From Nitrososphaerota archaeon (GTDB lineage: Archaea; Thermoproteota; EX4484-205; JAAOZP01), in NCBI GenBank assembly GCA_011605725.1, contig JAAOZP010000017.1, forward strand, positions 64,001-128,000: DNA of 64,000 nucleotides. The letters are read 5' to 3'. The stretch's first letter is position 1. Every line of letters starts with the position of its first letter. Made by a program: the position numbers and the translations under genes. Shown here in pieces: positions 39,483 through 48,626 of the stretch. The notes under the pieces are model-generated. The model saw only the letters and a program-made list of their open reading frames with translations. It had not been told where the DNA came from and ran no database searches.

Positions 39483-40181
39483 CTAAAGCATCCCCACTCC
39501 TCTTAGAAGCAGGATTGCGACAAGCAGACCGTATATTGCTATGCTTTCAATCAAGACGACAAAGACGATACTTTTACCGAACGAGTCTTCATCCTTTAGG
39601 AGAGAGGAAATCGCCTTTGCACCTGTTTTACCTAAATAATAGCCAGAGCCACCAGTTATGCATACGACTATTGAGGATACTAATGAGGTGTATGCAGAGA
39701 CGCTGTCAACCTGATGAGGCACTCCAGCCCCACTAAGTAAGCCAACCCCTCTTATTATCACTATCGAGACCAGAAGACCATATATCACTATGCTTTCAGG
39801 TAAAACAGTAAATATCAAAGATTTTCCGAAAAGTTCCTCCCTCTCGCGTATAGCGCCTATGGCGGCTGAACCAGCGATCCCTATGCCTAAGCCTGAGAAT
39901 AAGCCGGTTAAGCCGACTGATAAACCTGATCCGAGTAAGGATATTGAGGTGTTGAAGTCATTCACATTGCTTCCATTCATTATTAGAAAGAGAGCTACTA
40001 GTAGGCCATAAATAACAGGTGTCTCAGCAAGAACAGTGAAAACCAAGGCTAACCCGAATCTCTCAGGCTTCTCCGCAATCATTCTTGAGCTTACTGAAGC
40101 AGTCATAGCAATACCGAGTATAGACCCTACTCCTGAAAAGCCGATAGCGGACAGCACGGAGATCAGCGTGAGTACATCCAT
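39483..40181 (-). CDS. atpK: A/V-type ATP synthase proteolipid K/c, triplicated (three hairpins, six TM helices)
   Basis: Three repeats ending LAETPVIYGLL, LPESIVIYGLL, LIESIAIYGLL. Confidence 0.92.
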   Translation of the reverse strand: MDVLTLISVLSAIGFSGVGSILGIAMTASVSSRMIAEKPERFGLALVFTVLAETPVIYGLLVALFLIMNGSNVNDFNTSISLLGSGLSVGLTGLFSGLGIGIAGSAAIGAIREREELFGKSLIFTVLPESIVIYGLLVSIVIIRGVGLLSGAGVPHQVDSVSAYTSLVSSIVVCITGGSGYYLGKTGAKAISSLLKDEDSFGKSIVFVVLIESIAIYGLLVAILLLRGVGML

Positions 40182-40206
40182 TTCACATAGCCTTCTATGT
40201 TTTTAA

Positions 40207-42048
40207 CTATGGGAATGACAATGGTTTAAAAACATTTCCCGTGGGCTCGAAAAACTTACTGAAAAACTCGACGAAATGAAGCCTTAAAGAATGGGCAAAC
40301 GCGATGAAACTCTCTATGAAAACTATGAAAAAGTGGGTTATTAACAGTATTATGCCGCCTGCCAGTAGGCCAAAGACCCCTCCTGAGAATAGTAATGGAG
40401 AAGCGAGAAGCGTGAATGCTCTCGATATTCCAGCATGAGATATGTTTATAGCGACTATCCTAGCGTATGAGACTACGTTGCTCACTAGCCTAGTAACCTC
40501 CATCAGATTTCTTGGATTAACTATCGTCAAGAGAATTAGGCCTGAGGCAGCGAATATTGAGCCGGAGTAAAGGTAGAAATCTCCATTCAAGTATTGTAAA
40601 TAGTACAGTAGGATTATGATTGAGCCGTGAAGTATCATGAGCCAAGCTAGTTTTTCTCCGAATGCGTTTTTCAACCTTTTCATTATAAGCTCGTTTACAA
40701 AGCCTATTGCAAGGCCTAACGTGAGCTGAATGACTCCGAGCAATATTGCTATTTGAAGGAAATACATCGGGTCTTCAAACCCGTTAAACCATATGACAGG
40801 TATTTTTATCGCATCACCCATGAATTCTCCTGTGAGAAATCCGAAGACTATTGAGGAAATGCTTATCGTAACCAGTATTTCGCTCAGCATCTTACCGTTA
40901 TGGCTTCTACTACCCAATCCCCGGTAGAGCAATAGCGAGAAGGTTAGAAGCAATATACCGTCGAAGACATCTGCAAACATTAATCCAAAGAATATCGCGT
41001 AAGTCAATGATAAAAACGGGGTTGGATCTATCTGCCTATAACCAGGTGCTCCGAACATTAGCATTATTGTTTCGAAGCTCCGGATAATCGGAGGGTTTTC
41101 AAAAGCGACCGGAGGATCATCCCATTTTTCAGGATCCTCGACTGAAAGCTCATAATTATATCCTTTTTTAAGCGTGGAAATAAGCTTCTCTAAATCTTTT
41201 TCTTTAACCCACCCTTCTAGATACGTGGAGGATCCTTTTCTGACGATTTTTTCTTTAGCCTCCAGTATTTCAATTCTTTTTAAAAGAACTTTTCTAAGTA
41301 AGAATATCTGTTGCTTCAGCGAGTTTACATCGACGATTTCCTCGATATCTTCAACCTCCTCGGTTTCAATCCCCTCCTTTTCCTCGGAAAGACTTGCAAC
41401 ACCGTAGCTGCTTAAAGCCCCCTCTAGGATTGAAAGGTTTTGAACAAGAGTAACGATCTTTACTTTGAAAACACCTTTTAAGACTCCGGATTCATTTAGT
41501 GAGACTAGACACTCCTTTCTAACAGACTCCGGTATTATTTCGATAAACCTATCTATGCTGCTCCTATTAATCCAGCCTTCCCATATGATCAGGTAGTCTG
41601 TCCTCCTGGTTCTTCTCAGCACGATAATGTTATTCTTCAATAGGGATGATATTCTTAGAGAAAGCTGTTTCTTTGTAGAAAGCTTCATCATTCTAAGTTT
41701 CTCTAATTTGTTAAGCTTATCCTCAGCATTGTTTAAAATACTTTGAGCATCAGCATAGATTTCATCCTCTTCCTCATCAGAAAATCCGATGCTGACGCCT
41801 CTTCCAACCAACTGGGCTATAATTCCTTCTTTAGGAAGCTTGTTCAATATAGTGTCACATCTTCTAACAAGGTTCAACAAGCCATTCTTCTCCACACTTA
41901 TATTAACATCTTTGTTAAATCCTGAGAGATTCTTTTCCACAGTCTTCACCTGTAATATCGCGAGCTTGCCTACTTCCCTTAGAAATCTATCTTCCTGCTC
42001 AGCGGGAAGCAGCAGTTTCACTTTCTTCATCCTAGCGGGCCTAAACAT
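40207..42048 (-). CDS. atpI: A/V-type ATP synthase subunit I/a
   Basis: MFRP..M.K, EGWV, DPTP....IFFGLMFAD, essential Arg in VSYARI, LRLHFVEFFSKF. Confidence 0.93.
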   Translation of the reverse strand: MFRPARMKKVKLLLPAEQEDRFLREVGKLAILQVKTVEKNLSGFNKDVNISVEKNGLLNLVRRCDTILNKLPKEGIIAQLVGRGVSIGFSDEEEDEIYADAQSILNNAEDKLNKLEKLRMMKLSTKKQLSLRISSLLKNNIIVLRRTRRTDYLIIWEGWINRSSIDRFIEIIPESVRKECLVSLNESGVLKGVFKVKIVTLVQNLSILEGALSSYGVASLSEEKEGIETEEVEDIEEIVDVNSLKQQIFLLRKVLLKRIEILEAKEKIVRKGSSTYLEGWVKEKDLEKLISTLKKGYNYELSVEDPEKWDDPPVAFENPPIIRSFETIMLMFGAPGYRQIDPTPFLSLTYAIFFGLMFADVFDGILLLTFSLLLYRGLGSRSHNGKMLSEILVTISISSIVFGFLTGEFMGDAIKIPVIWFNGFEDPMYFLQIAILLGVIQLTLGLAIGFVNELIMKRLKNAFGEKLAWLMILHGSIIILLYYLQYLNGDFYLYSGSIFAASGLILLTIVNPRNLMEVTRLVSNVVSYARIVAINISHAGISRAFTLLASPLLFSGGVFGLLAGGIILLITHFFIVFIESFIAFAHSLRLHFVEFFSKFFEPTGNVFKPLSFP

Positions 42049-42163
42049 CCCGAGAGAATACGGGGACGAGTATTTAGGATTTTACGATGCTTCTTAAGGC
42101 TCTCCTTAAAAAAGGGACAACGATAACTATTAAATACCTTTCTAAGGGTTTCCTACTCTAGCC

Positions 42164-42958
42164 TTGGGGACAGTATGCGTCATCGGAGCCGGGAAAATGG
42201 GCAGCATGATAGTTAGAAGCATTGTTAAAACTGGTGATTATAGGGTGGTTGCGACCGACGTCGACCCCAGTAGACGGATGCTTGTTAAATCATACGGGGC
42301 GGAGGTTTTCGAAAGCAATAGGGATGCTGTGAAGAGTTCCAACGTAATTATTCTTGCTGTCAAGCCAAAGGATGTGCCGGTTGTGGTGACTGATATTAAG
42401 GACCTGATAAGCGGGAAACTCGTAATATCGATTGCTGCAGCAGTACCTTTAAACCGTATGGAGAGTATTGCTCCAGACGCCAGGTTCATCAGAGTAATGC
42501 CGAACATACTTATTGAAGCCGGCGAAGCGTTCATCGCGATATGCCCCGGCTCAAGAGCAACAGAAGAGGATTTTGAAACAGCTGTAAGAATCTTCGGGAG
42601 GATGGGTGAGGTGGCTAAGATTGATGAGAATCTGATGGATGTGTTAACAGGTTTCTCGGGAAGCGGCCCGGCCTATGTATTCACCATTATGGATGCTTTT
42701 GCCGACGCCGGCGTGAAGATCGGCCTGCCGAAGGAGCTCGCTCTAAGAATCGCTGCAAGAATGATGCTTGGCTCCGCTAAAATGGTGTTAGAAGGGAAGG
42801 GTAGGCCGATGGAGCTTAGAGACATGGTTGCCACTCCCGGGGGTACAACAATAATGGGGATTTACGAGCTGGAGAAAGGAGGCTTAAGGGCATTAATAAT
42901 GAATGCTGTAGAAGCAGCTGTTAAGAGAGCCAGGGAATTGTCAGAATCATTCTCCTGA
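42164..42958 (+). CDS. proC: Pyrroline-5-carboxylate reductase
   Basis: IGAGKMG, LAVKP, RVMPN, SGSGPAY, V.TPGGTT. Confidence 0.95.
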   Translation: MGTVCVIGAGKMGSMIVRSIVKTGDYRVVATDVDPSRRMLVKSYGAEVFESNRDAVKSSNVIILAVKPKDVPVVVTDIKDLISGKLVISIAAAVPLNRMESIAPDARFIRVMPNILIEAGEAFIAICPGSRATEEDFETAVRIFGRMGEVAKIDENLMDVLTGFSGSGPAYVFTIMDAFADAGVKIGLPKELALRIAARMMLGSAKMVLEGKGRPMELRDMVATPGGTTIMGIYELEKGGLRALIMNAVEAAVKRARELSESFS

Positions 42959-43050
42959 ACCGATTGCAAAGCTTGGAGGAACCGTTTGCAAGTTTTTCGG
43001 AAAAATCCTTATATAAGTCCTTTCATCCGCAAGGTCTCAACCAACAAGAC

Positions 43051-44886
43051 ATGAGTGTCGAGAAGCCGTTGCTAGACTATGTTAATTCGCTTAAGCCTAG
43101 GAAGAGTTTTACGGAATCGGTTACAGCCTTCAAAAGGCTGATTAAATACCATAAGAAGTATCTTTCACTAATAGCCATTATTGTTGCTCTATCCTTCATA
43201 AGAGCCTACCTGTTCACCCTTGAACCCCTCTACACATCTCTAATAATAGACGATGTTGTTGTAAGCGGGAAGCACGAGCTGCTTACTGACTACATCATGG
43301 CGATACTGCTTGTCGGAATAGGTTTTGCGATTGTCAATTTTCTCATTAGCTATTTGAACGGTTTAACAGCACTGTATATTGTTCGAGACTTAAGGTTCGA
43401 ATATTATGCTTCTCTCCAAGCTAAATCTTTCAGCTTCTATGACACTGTCTCGGTCGGCGACCTTGTTTCAAGAGCCACGATGGATTTGCAGCCTGTTGAA
43501 GCCTTCCTTAGAACATGGGTTAGCACGGTTTTCAACGCGCTTTTCTCAATAATAGTGTTCTTCTCAGTTATGTACTCGATCAGCCCCTCGATGACCCTTA
43601 TCTCCCTAATACCTCTGCCCCTAATATTCTATTTTACAACCCGCCTATGGGTGGATACGATGCCGCTCTTCAGAATGATGCAGCTGATACTTGGCAGGCT
43701 TAGCTCCTACATTCAGCAGAACATCCTGGGCATGAAGACCATAAGGATATTTCGGAGGGAGAAGGATATGGTTGAAGGCTTCAAGAAAGCTGAACAGGTG
43801 TTTGTTAAAACTGCGATAACTGCCGGAAGAATCCAGTCTATCTATATGCCTCTTCCCGCAGCGATATTAACTCTTTCAATCGCGATAGTTTACGTTTACG
43901 CGACATACTCGATTTTCAACGCTGGAGCGGCGCTGACCGTTGGAAGCATAATTCTCTTTGCAAGATACATAACGCGTCTAAGCTTCCCGTTAAGGGATTT
44001 AAGCATGCTGCTCGGAAACTGGATCAACGCTTCAGCCGGGCTTGAGAGAGTCTTCGAAATAATGGATGCTCCAAAAGGTGTGGAGGACCTGCCTGATGCT
44101 GAAGAAATAACCATAAGAGAAGGCATTGTTGAGTTCAGGAACGTTACTTTCCAGTATGCCAATGGCAAGCCTGTTTTAAAAAACGTTAGTTTCAAGGTTA
44201 ACCCTGGGGAGAAGATCGCGATCCTAGGAGCCACGGGCTCAGGTAAATCAACCTTAGTCTACCTTATCCCAAGGTTTTACGACCCTGTTTCAGGAAGCAT
44301 ACTTATAGACGGTGTGAACATTAGAAGGTTTAAGCTGTCATCTTTAAGAAGACAGATAGGCATTGTTCCTCAGGATGTCTTCCTTTTCTCTGGAACCATT
44401 AGGGAAAACATTGCGTTCGGCAAGCCTGACGCCTCGATGGAGGAGATCGTGAAGGCTGCGGAGCTGGCGAAGATACGTGACTTCATAGAATCACTGCCAG
44501 ATGGCTACGATACTTTCGTCGGCGAAAGAGGGGTTACGCTTTCAGGAGGCCAGAGGCAGAGGATAACTATCGCGAGAGCAATACTTACGAACCCTAGGAT
44601 ACTGATAATGGACGATTCACTCTCATTCGTAGATTCTAAGACCGAGCAGGAAATACAGTCTGCGATCAACGAAGTTATGAAGGGCAGGACAACATTCATA
44701 ATTGCGCAGAGGCTTTCAACAATAAGGAATGCTGATAGAATAATGATTCTGGATGATGGAGAAATCGTCGAGTTTGGGACGCATGAAGAGCTTATGGCCA
44801 AAGACGGTGCCTACAGAAGGATTTACGAAACCCAGTTTCTTAGTAAAGGTTTGGAAATCGTTTCTGCGGAGGTGGGCAAGGAGTAA
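43051..44886 (+). CDS. Heterodimeric type IV ABC exporter, subunit with degenerate Walker B and H-switch (TM287-like)
   Basis: TMD + NBD; GATGSGKS, LSGGQRQR, MDDSLS, IAQR; start set at ATG 43051 downstream of a TATA at about 43009. Confidence 0.92.
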   Translation: MSVEKPLLDYVNSLKPRKSFTESVTAFKRLIKYHKKYLSLIAIIVALSFIRAYLFTLEPLYTSLIIDDVVVSGKHELLTDYIMAILLVGIGFAIVNFLISYLNGLTALYIVRDLRFEYYASLQAKSFSFYDTVSVGDLVSRATMDLQPVEAFLRTWVSTVFNALFSIIVFFSVMYSISPSMTLISLIPLPLIFYFTTRLWVDTMPLFRMMQLILGRLSSYIQQNILGMKTIRIFRREKDMVEGFKKAEQVFVKTAITAGRIQSIYMPLPAAILTLSIAIVYVYATYSIFNAGAALTVGSIILFARYITRLSFPLRDLSMLLGNWINASAGLERVFEIMDAPKGVEDLPDAEEITIREGIVEFRNVTFQYANGKPVLKNVSFKVNPGEKIAILGATGSGKSTLVYLIPRFYDPVSGSILIDGVNIRRFKLSSLRRQIGIVPQDVFLFSGTIRENIAFGKPDASMEEIVKAAELAKIRDFIESLPDGYDTFVGERGVTLSGGQRQRITIARAILTNPRILIMDDSLSFVDSKTEQEIQSAINEVMKGRTTFIIAQRLSTIRNADRIMILDDGEIVEFGTHEELMAKDGAYRRIYETQFLSKGLEIVSAEVGKE

Positions 44887-45947
44887 TGGCTGGACCTTGG
44901 CGCACATTCTCCTCAACACAGGAGGAGGAGAAAAAGAGAACTGTCCCAGACAGGATTCTTATTAAAAGGCTTTACCATTATATTAAACCCTTCAGGAGAA
45001 ACCTCGCTATCGCAATACTGGCTATAGTTTGCACCTCAATAACCGGGTTAGCATCTCCATACATGCATAAGATTGCGATCGACCAGATCATACAGACAGG
45101 GAATCTTTCAAACTTTCTCTGGTGGATACCGCTTTTCATCCTGGTTGTTCTATGCAATTTCTTCTTCCAATACGTTCAGATATTCCAGATGAGAATAATA
45201 GGTGAAAACGTTGTAGCAGCAATAAGGGATGATATCATGGAGAAGCTTCAATTCATCTCTTTAAGATACTTCTCCGAGGGGGAGATCGGTAGGATAATCT
45301 CCAGACCCATAAACGATGCGAACAACCTTAGAATATTTTTACGAATGGGTTTCACAAGCATACTTCTAGACACATCCTCAATACTGGGCACATTCATAAT
45401 CATGTTCATGCTGGATTTCGAACTTACAGTCATAGCTCTCGCCTTCATCCCAATAGCCATAATCATTGTTTGGCAGCTTGGAAGATACTCTAGGAGAGTC
45501 TACAGGAAAACCCTCTCGACGCTAGCGGGATTAACAGGCAGAATGCAGGAGGACCTGTCCGGAATAAAAATAATCCAAGCCTTCGTGCAGGAGGAAAGGA
45601 CCATGAGAAGGTTCGAGGAAACACAGGAGGAGAACGTTAAGGCAACTAAGAACGCGTTGAAAGTCTCCTCCGCCTACCAGCCTGTCGTAATAATGTTGAG
45701 AATACTTGGAACACTGGCTATCCTATGGTTCGGAACCCTTTTTATTGAGAGCGGCGCGATAACCATAGGCACGCTAGTAGCCTTCATAGAGTATCAGTTT
45801 TCATATTTCATGCCGCTCGTAGACCTGATAAACGTTGCAGACCAGTATAACTCTGCAATGGCTGCTGTCGAAAGACTATTCGATCTTATTGATGCTAAGG
45901 TTGAAGTTACAGAACCCCCGCCTGAAATAGCTGTTGAGCTGAAATGA
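44886..45947 (+). CDS. Heterodimeric ABC exporter second subunit, TMD part (split or frameshifted)
   Basis: Six TM segments, G.IISR..ND, AA.ER.F; stops in the TMD-NBD linker. Confidence 0.8.
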   Translation: MAGPWRTFSSTQEEEKKRTVPDRILIKRLYHYIKPFRRNLAIAILAIVCTSITGLASPYMHKIAIDQIIQTGNLSNFLWWIPLFILVVLCNFFFQYVQIFQMRIIGENVVAAIRDDIMEKLQFISLRYFSEGEIGRIISRPINDANNLRIFLRMGFTSILLDTSSILGTFIIMFMLDFELTVIALAFIPIAIIIVWQLGRYSRRVYRKTLSTLAGLTGRMQEDLSGIKIIQAFVQEERTMRRFEETQEENVKATKNALKVSSAYQPVVIMLRILGTLAILWFGTLFIESGAITIGTLVAFIEYQFSYFMPLVDLINVADQYNSAMAAVERLFDLIDAKVEVTEPPPEIAVELK

Positions 45948-46687
45948 TAAGAGAAGTAAGGTTTGAAAACGTAACGTTCGGTTACGACCCGAAGCTCCCT
46001 GTCTTGAAAAACATCAGTTTCACACTTACGCGGGAAAAGAAGCTGGCTATAGTAGGACCCACGGGAGCAGGCAAGTCGACAATAATCAACCTGCTTGCGA
46101 GGTTTTACGATCCTAATGATGGAAGGATTCTTGTGAACGGCCATGATTTAAGGAGGATTCCAATCTCATCCTGGAGGGCTAGGCTGAGCATAGTTCTTCA
46201 AGACTCGTTCCTTTTCCCTATGAGCGTTAAGGAGAACATAAGGTTTGGAAAACCGGATGCTTCCGATGAAGAGGTAGTAGCCGCAGCCAAGGCTGTTGGA
46301 GCGCACGAGTTCATAGTTAAGCTTCCCAACGGGTATGATTACATGATTCAAGAAGGATCGTCAAACATCTCTATCGGTCAAAGACAGATGATAAGCTTTG
46401 CTAGAACCCTGCTGGTTAACCCGGAACTACTTGTTCTGGATGAGGCCACATCATCTGTAGACCCTTACACTGAGCTTATAATACAGAGGGCGTTAAGCAA
46501 ACTTCTAAGGGGGAGAATGGCGATCATAATAGCACACAGGCTTTCGACAATACGGCTTTGTGACGAAATAATAGTGATTAATGACGGTGTTATTGTTGAA
46601 AAAGGCACGCATGAGGAACTCATGCAGAAAGGCGGGTTATACAGCTCTTTCTACAGGCTTCAATACATAGAGGAGAAAGGTGTTTAA
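45944..46687 (+). CDS. Heterodimeric ABC exporter second subunit, NBD part (split or frameshifted)
   Basis: GPTGAGKS, degenerate signature ISIGQRQ, LDEATS, IAHRL; ATGA overlap with the TMD ORF. Confidence 0.82.
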   Translation: MIREVRFENVTFGYDPKLPVLKNISFTLTREKKLAIVGPTGAGKSTIINLLARFYDPNDGRILVNGHDLRRIPISSWRARLSIVLQDSFLFPMSVKENIRFGKPDASDEEVVAAAKAVGAHEFIVKLPNGYDYMIQEGSSNISIGQRQMISFARTLLVNPELLVLDEATSSVDPYTELIIQRALSKLLRGRMAIIIAHRLSTIRLCDEIIVINDGVIVEKGTHEELMQKGGLYSSFYRLQYIEEKGV

Positions 46688-46748
46688 CCATTCAGCGTCT
46701 GAAAAGTTTTAAAAAGGCATTTTAAAACCGTTTTAGCGGGGAGGCAGC

Positions 46749-48116
46749 TTGGCTGGAGTTAGGGAGGTTTCCGAATCTCTGCGGGAATGGGAGAGGATTG
46801 CGGCACACTCACACATAACCGGATTAGGCTTAGACGGGTTAAAGGCTAAGCCTGTCGGAGGCGGTATGGTTGGCCAGATTGAAGCAAGGGAAGCGGCAGG
46901 GCTTGTAGTAAGGCTGATAAAAAGCGGCAAGTTTGCGGGCAGAGCAGTCCTGCTTGCAGGTCCGCCTGGAACAGGAAAGACGGCGATAGCGACAGCAATA
47001 GCTAGAGAACTAGGTAGAGACGTCCCATTTGTTCCTCTAGCTGCAAGCGAAATATTCTCCACAGATATTAAGAAGACTGAGTTTCTAATGCAAACTCTTA
47101 GAAAGGCGATCGGCGCGAGAATACATGAAGTCAGAAAGATTTACGAGGGAGAGGTTAAGGAGATCTCGATAGAAAAAGCACCGCACCCGTACAATCCCTA
47201 TCAGCAGGTGCCTGCAGGAGCCACTATAAAAATCGCCACCACGGATGAGAGTAAAAGGCTTACTATGGATCAGAGCTTTGCAATCCAGTTGATACAGCAG
47301 GGCATAGAGACGGGCGATATTGTCCAAATAGACCCTGAGGGAGGGAGAATTGTTAAGCTAGGCAGGAGCAGGAGGAGTGTAGAGGAGAAGAAGGTTGATC
47401 TTTCCACTGTTCAAGTCATGGATGTCCCTAATGGAAACGTGCTTAAGGAGAAGGAGTTCGTCTACCCTGTTACGCTGCATGCTCTCGACATGGCTGCAAC
47501 TCGACGAGGCGGAGACATTTTCAGCATATTCTTTGGAGGCAGGGAGTCCAAGGAGATAGAGCCTGAAACCCGGAGGGAGGTTGACGAATACATAAAGACT
47601 CTTGTTCAGGAGGGCAGGTGTGAATTGTTACCCGGAGTGGTTTTCATAGACGAGTGCAGTATGCTTGACATAGAGACCTTCGCATTTCTAAACAGGGCAC
47701 TGGAACAGGACCTAGCCCCTATAATAATATTTGCAACAAACAGAGGATTCTCCACGGTGAGAGGTACAGACATTAGGGCTCCCCATGGGATGCCCCTAGA
47801 CCTTCTCGACAGGCTTCTGATAATCAACACAAAACCATACAGTAGAGACGAGATAAGGAAGATTCTTGAGATAAGGTCGGAGGCTGAGAAAATCCCGATA
47901 AGTAACGAGGCGCTTGAATATCTTACCGACATAGGTGTTAAAACAAGCCTAAGGTATGCTGTTCAGCTGATGGCTCCAGCATTTGAACTGGCTAGGGAGA
48001 GAAAGGCCAACAGGATAGAAAAGGATCATGTAAGCTATGTGGAGAAGCTGTTCGTCGACGTGAAGAAATCGGTTGAATATTTGAGGGAGTATGAAAAACA
48101 GTTTCTAGACCTGTGA
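46749..48116 (+). CDS. TIP49 / RuvB-like AAA+ ATPase (archaeal RuvBL1/2 homologue)
   Basis: RIAAHSHI.GLGL, GPPGTGKT, FIDEC, FATNRG, PHGMPLDLLDR, SLRYAVQL. Confidence 0.95.
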   Translation: MAGVREVSESLREWERIAAHSHITGLGLDGLKAKPVGGGMVGQIEAREAAGLVVRLIKSGKFAGRAVLLAGPPGTGKTAIATAIARELGRDVPFVPLAASEIFSTDIKKTEFLMQTLRKAIGARIHEVRKIYEGEVKEISIEKAPHPYNPYQQVPAGATIKIATTDESKRLTMDQSFAIQLIQQGIETGDIVQIDPEGGRIVKLGRSRRSVEEKKVDLSTVQVMDVPNGNVLKEKEFVYPVTLHALDMAATRRGGDIFSIFFGGRESKEIEPETRREVDEYIKTLVQEGRCELLPGVVFIDECSMLDIETFAFLNRALEQDLAPIIIFATNRGFSTVRGTDIRAPHGMPLDLLDRLLIINTKPYSRDEIRKILEIRSEAEKIPISNEALEYLTDIGVKTSLRYAVQLMAPAFELARERKANRIEKDHVSYVEKLFVDVKKSVEYLREYEKQFLDL

Positions 48117-48140
48117 CATTAACGTTTTAGACCTGTCTCC

Positions 48141-48617
48141 ATGTCTCTCACCTGGATAGTGAATGAGACGGTTGCGGCTTCATCCATTGCGACGAGCCCG
48201 GAGGACGTCGACCACTGGTTAGAATCTGGTGTGAAGGCGGTTGTCATACTGGCTGAGTCTCACGAGATAGCCAGATATTGGGGTGATTCGAATAATTATT
48301 TCAAGTTTCTAAACGATAAGGGGTTTGAAATCCTACATAGCCCGATCAAGGATTTTCACGCTCCAACTTTAAGCCAGCTCGAGGAGCTGGTTGAATGGAT
48401 AGAGGCTAAAGTTAAGTCGGGAAAGCGTGTCCTAGTACATTGTCACGCAGGCATAGGCAGGACAGGGATGATTATAGCTGCATATCTTATCAAGAATGGC
48501 AGTACTATTGAGCAGGCGGTGAGGAAAGTTAAGAGTAGGATTCCTCTTGCCCTAGAGGTCGATGCCCAACTGTCGTTAGTATACGAGTATTACGAGAGGA
48601 GAAGAACAGCATGTTAA
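48141..48617 (+). CDS. Dual-specificity / tyrosine protein phosphatase
   Basis: PI.DF.AP loop and CX5R motif VHCHAGIGRT. Confidence 0.9.
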   Translation: MSLTWIVNETVAASSIATSPEDVDHWLESGVKAVVILAESHEIARYWGDSNNYFKFLNDKGFEILHSPIKDFHAPTLSQLEELVEWIEAKVKSGKRVLVHCHAGIGRTGMIIAAYLIKNGSTIEQAVRKVKSRIPLALEVDAQLSLVYEYYERRRTAC

Positions 48618-48626
48618 TAGCTCAGG

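Noticed and set aside
45945-45950. TGA recoding in the split ABC exporter
   Set aside because: TGA is immediately followed by TAA, and the NBD is in a different frame
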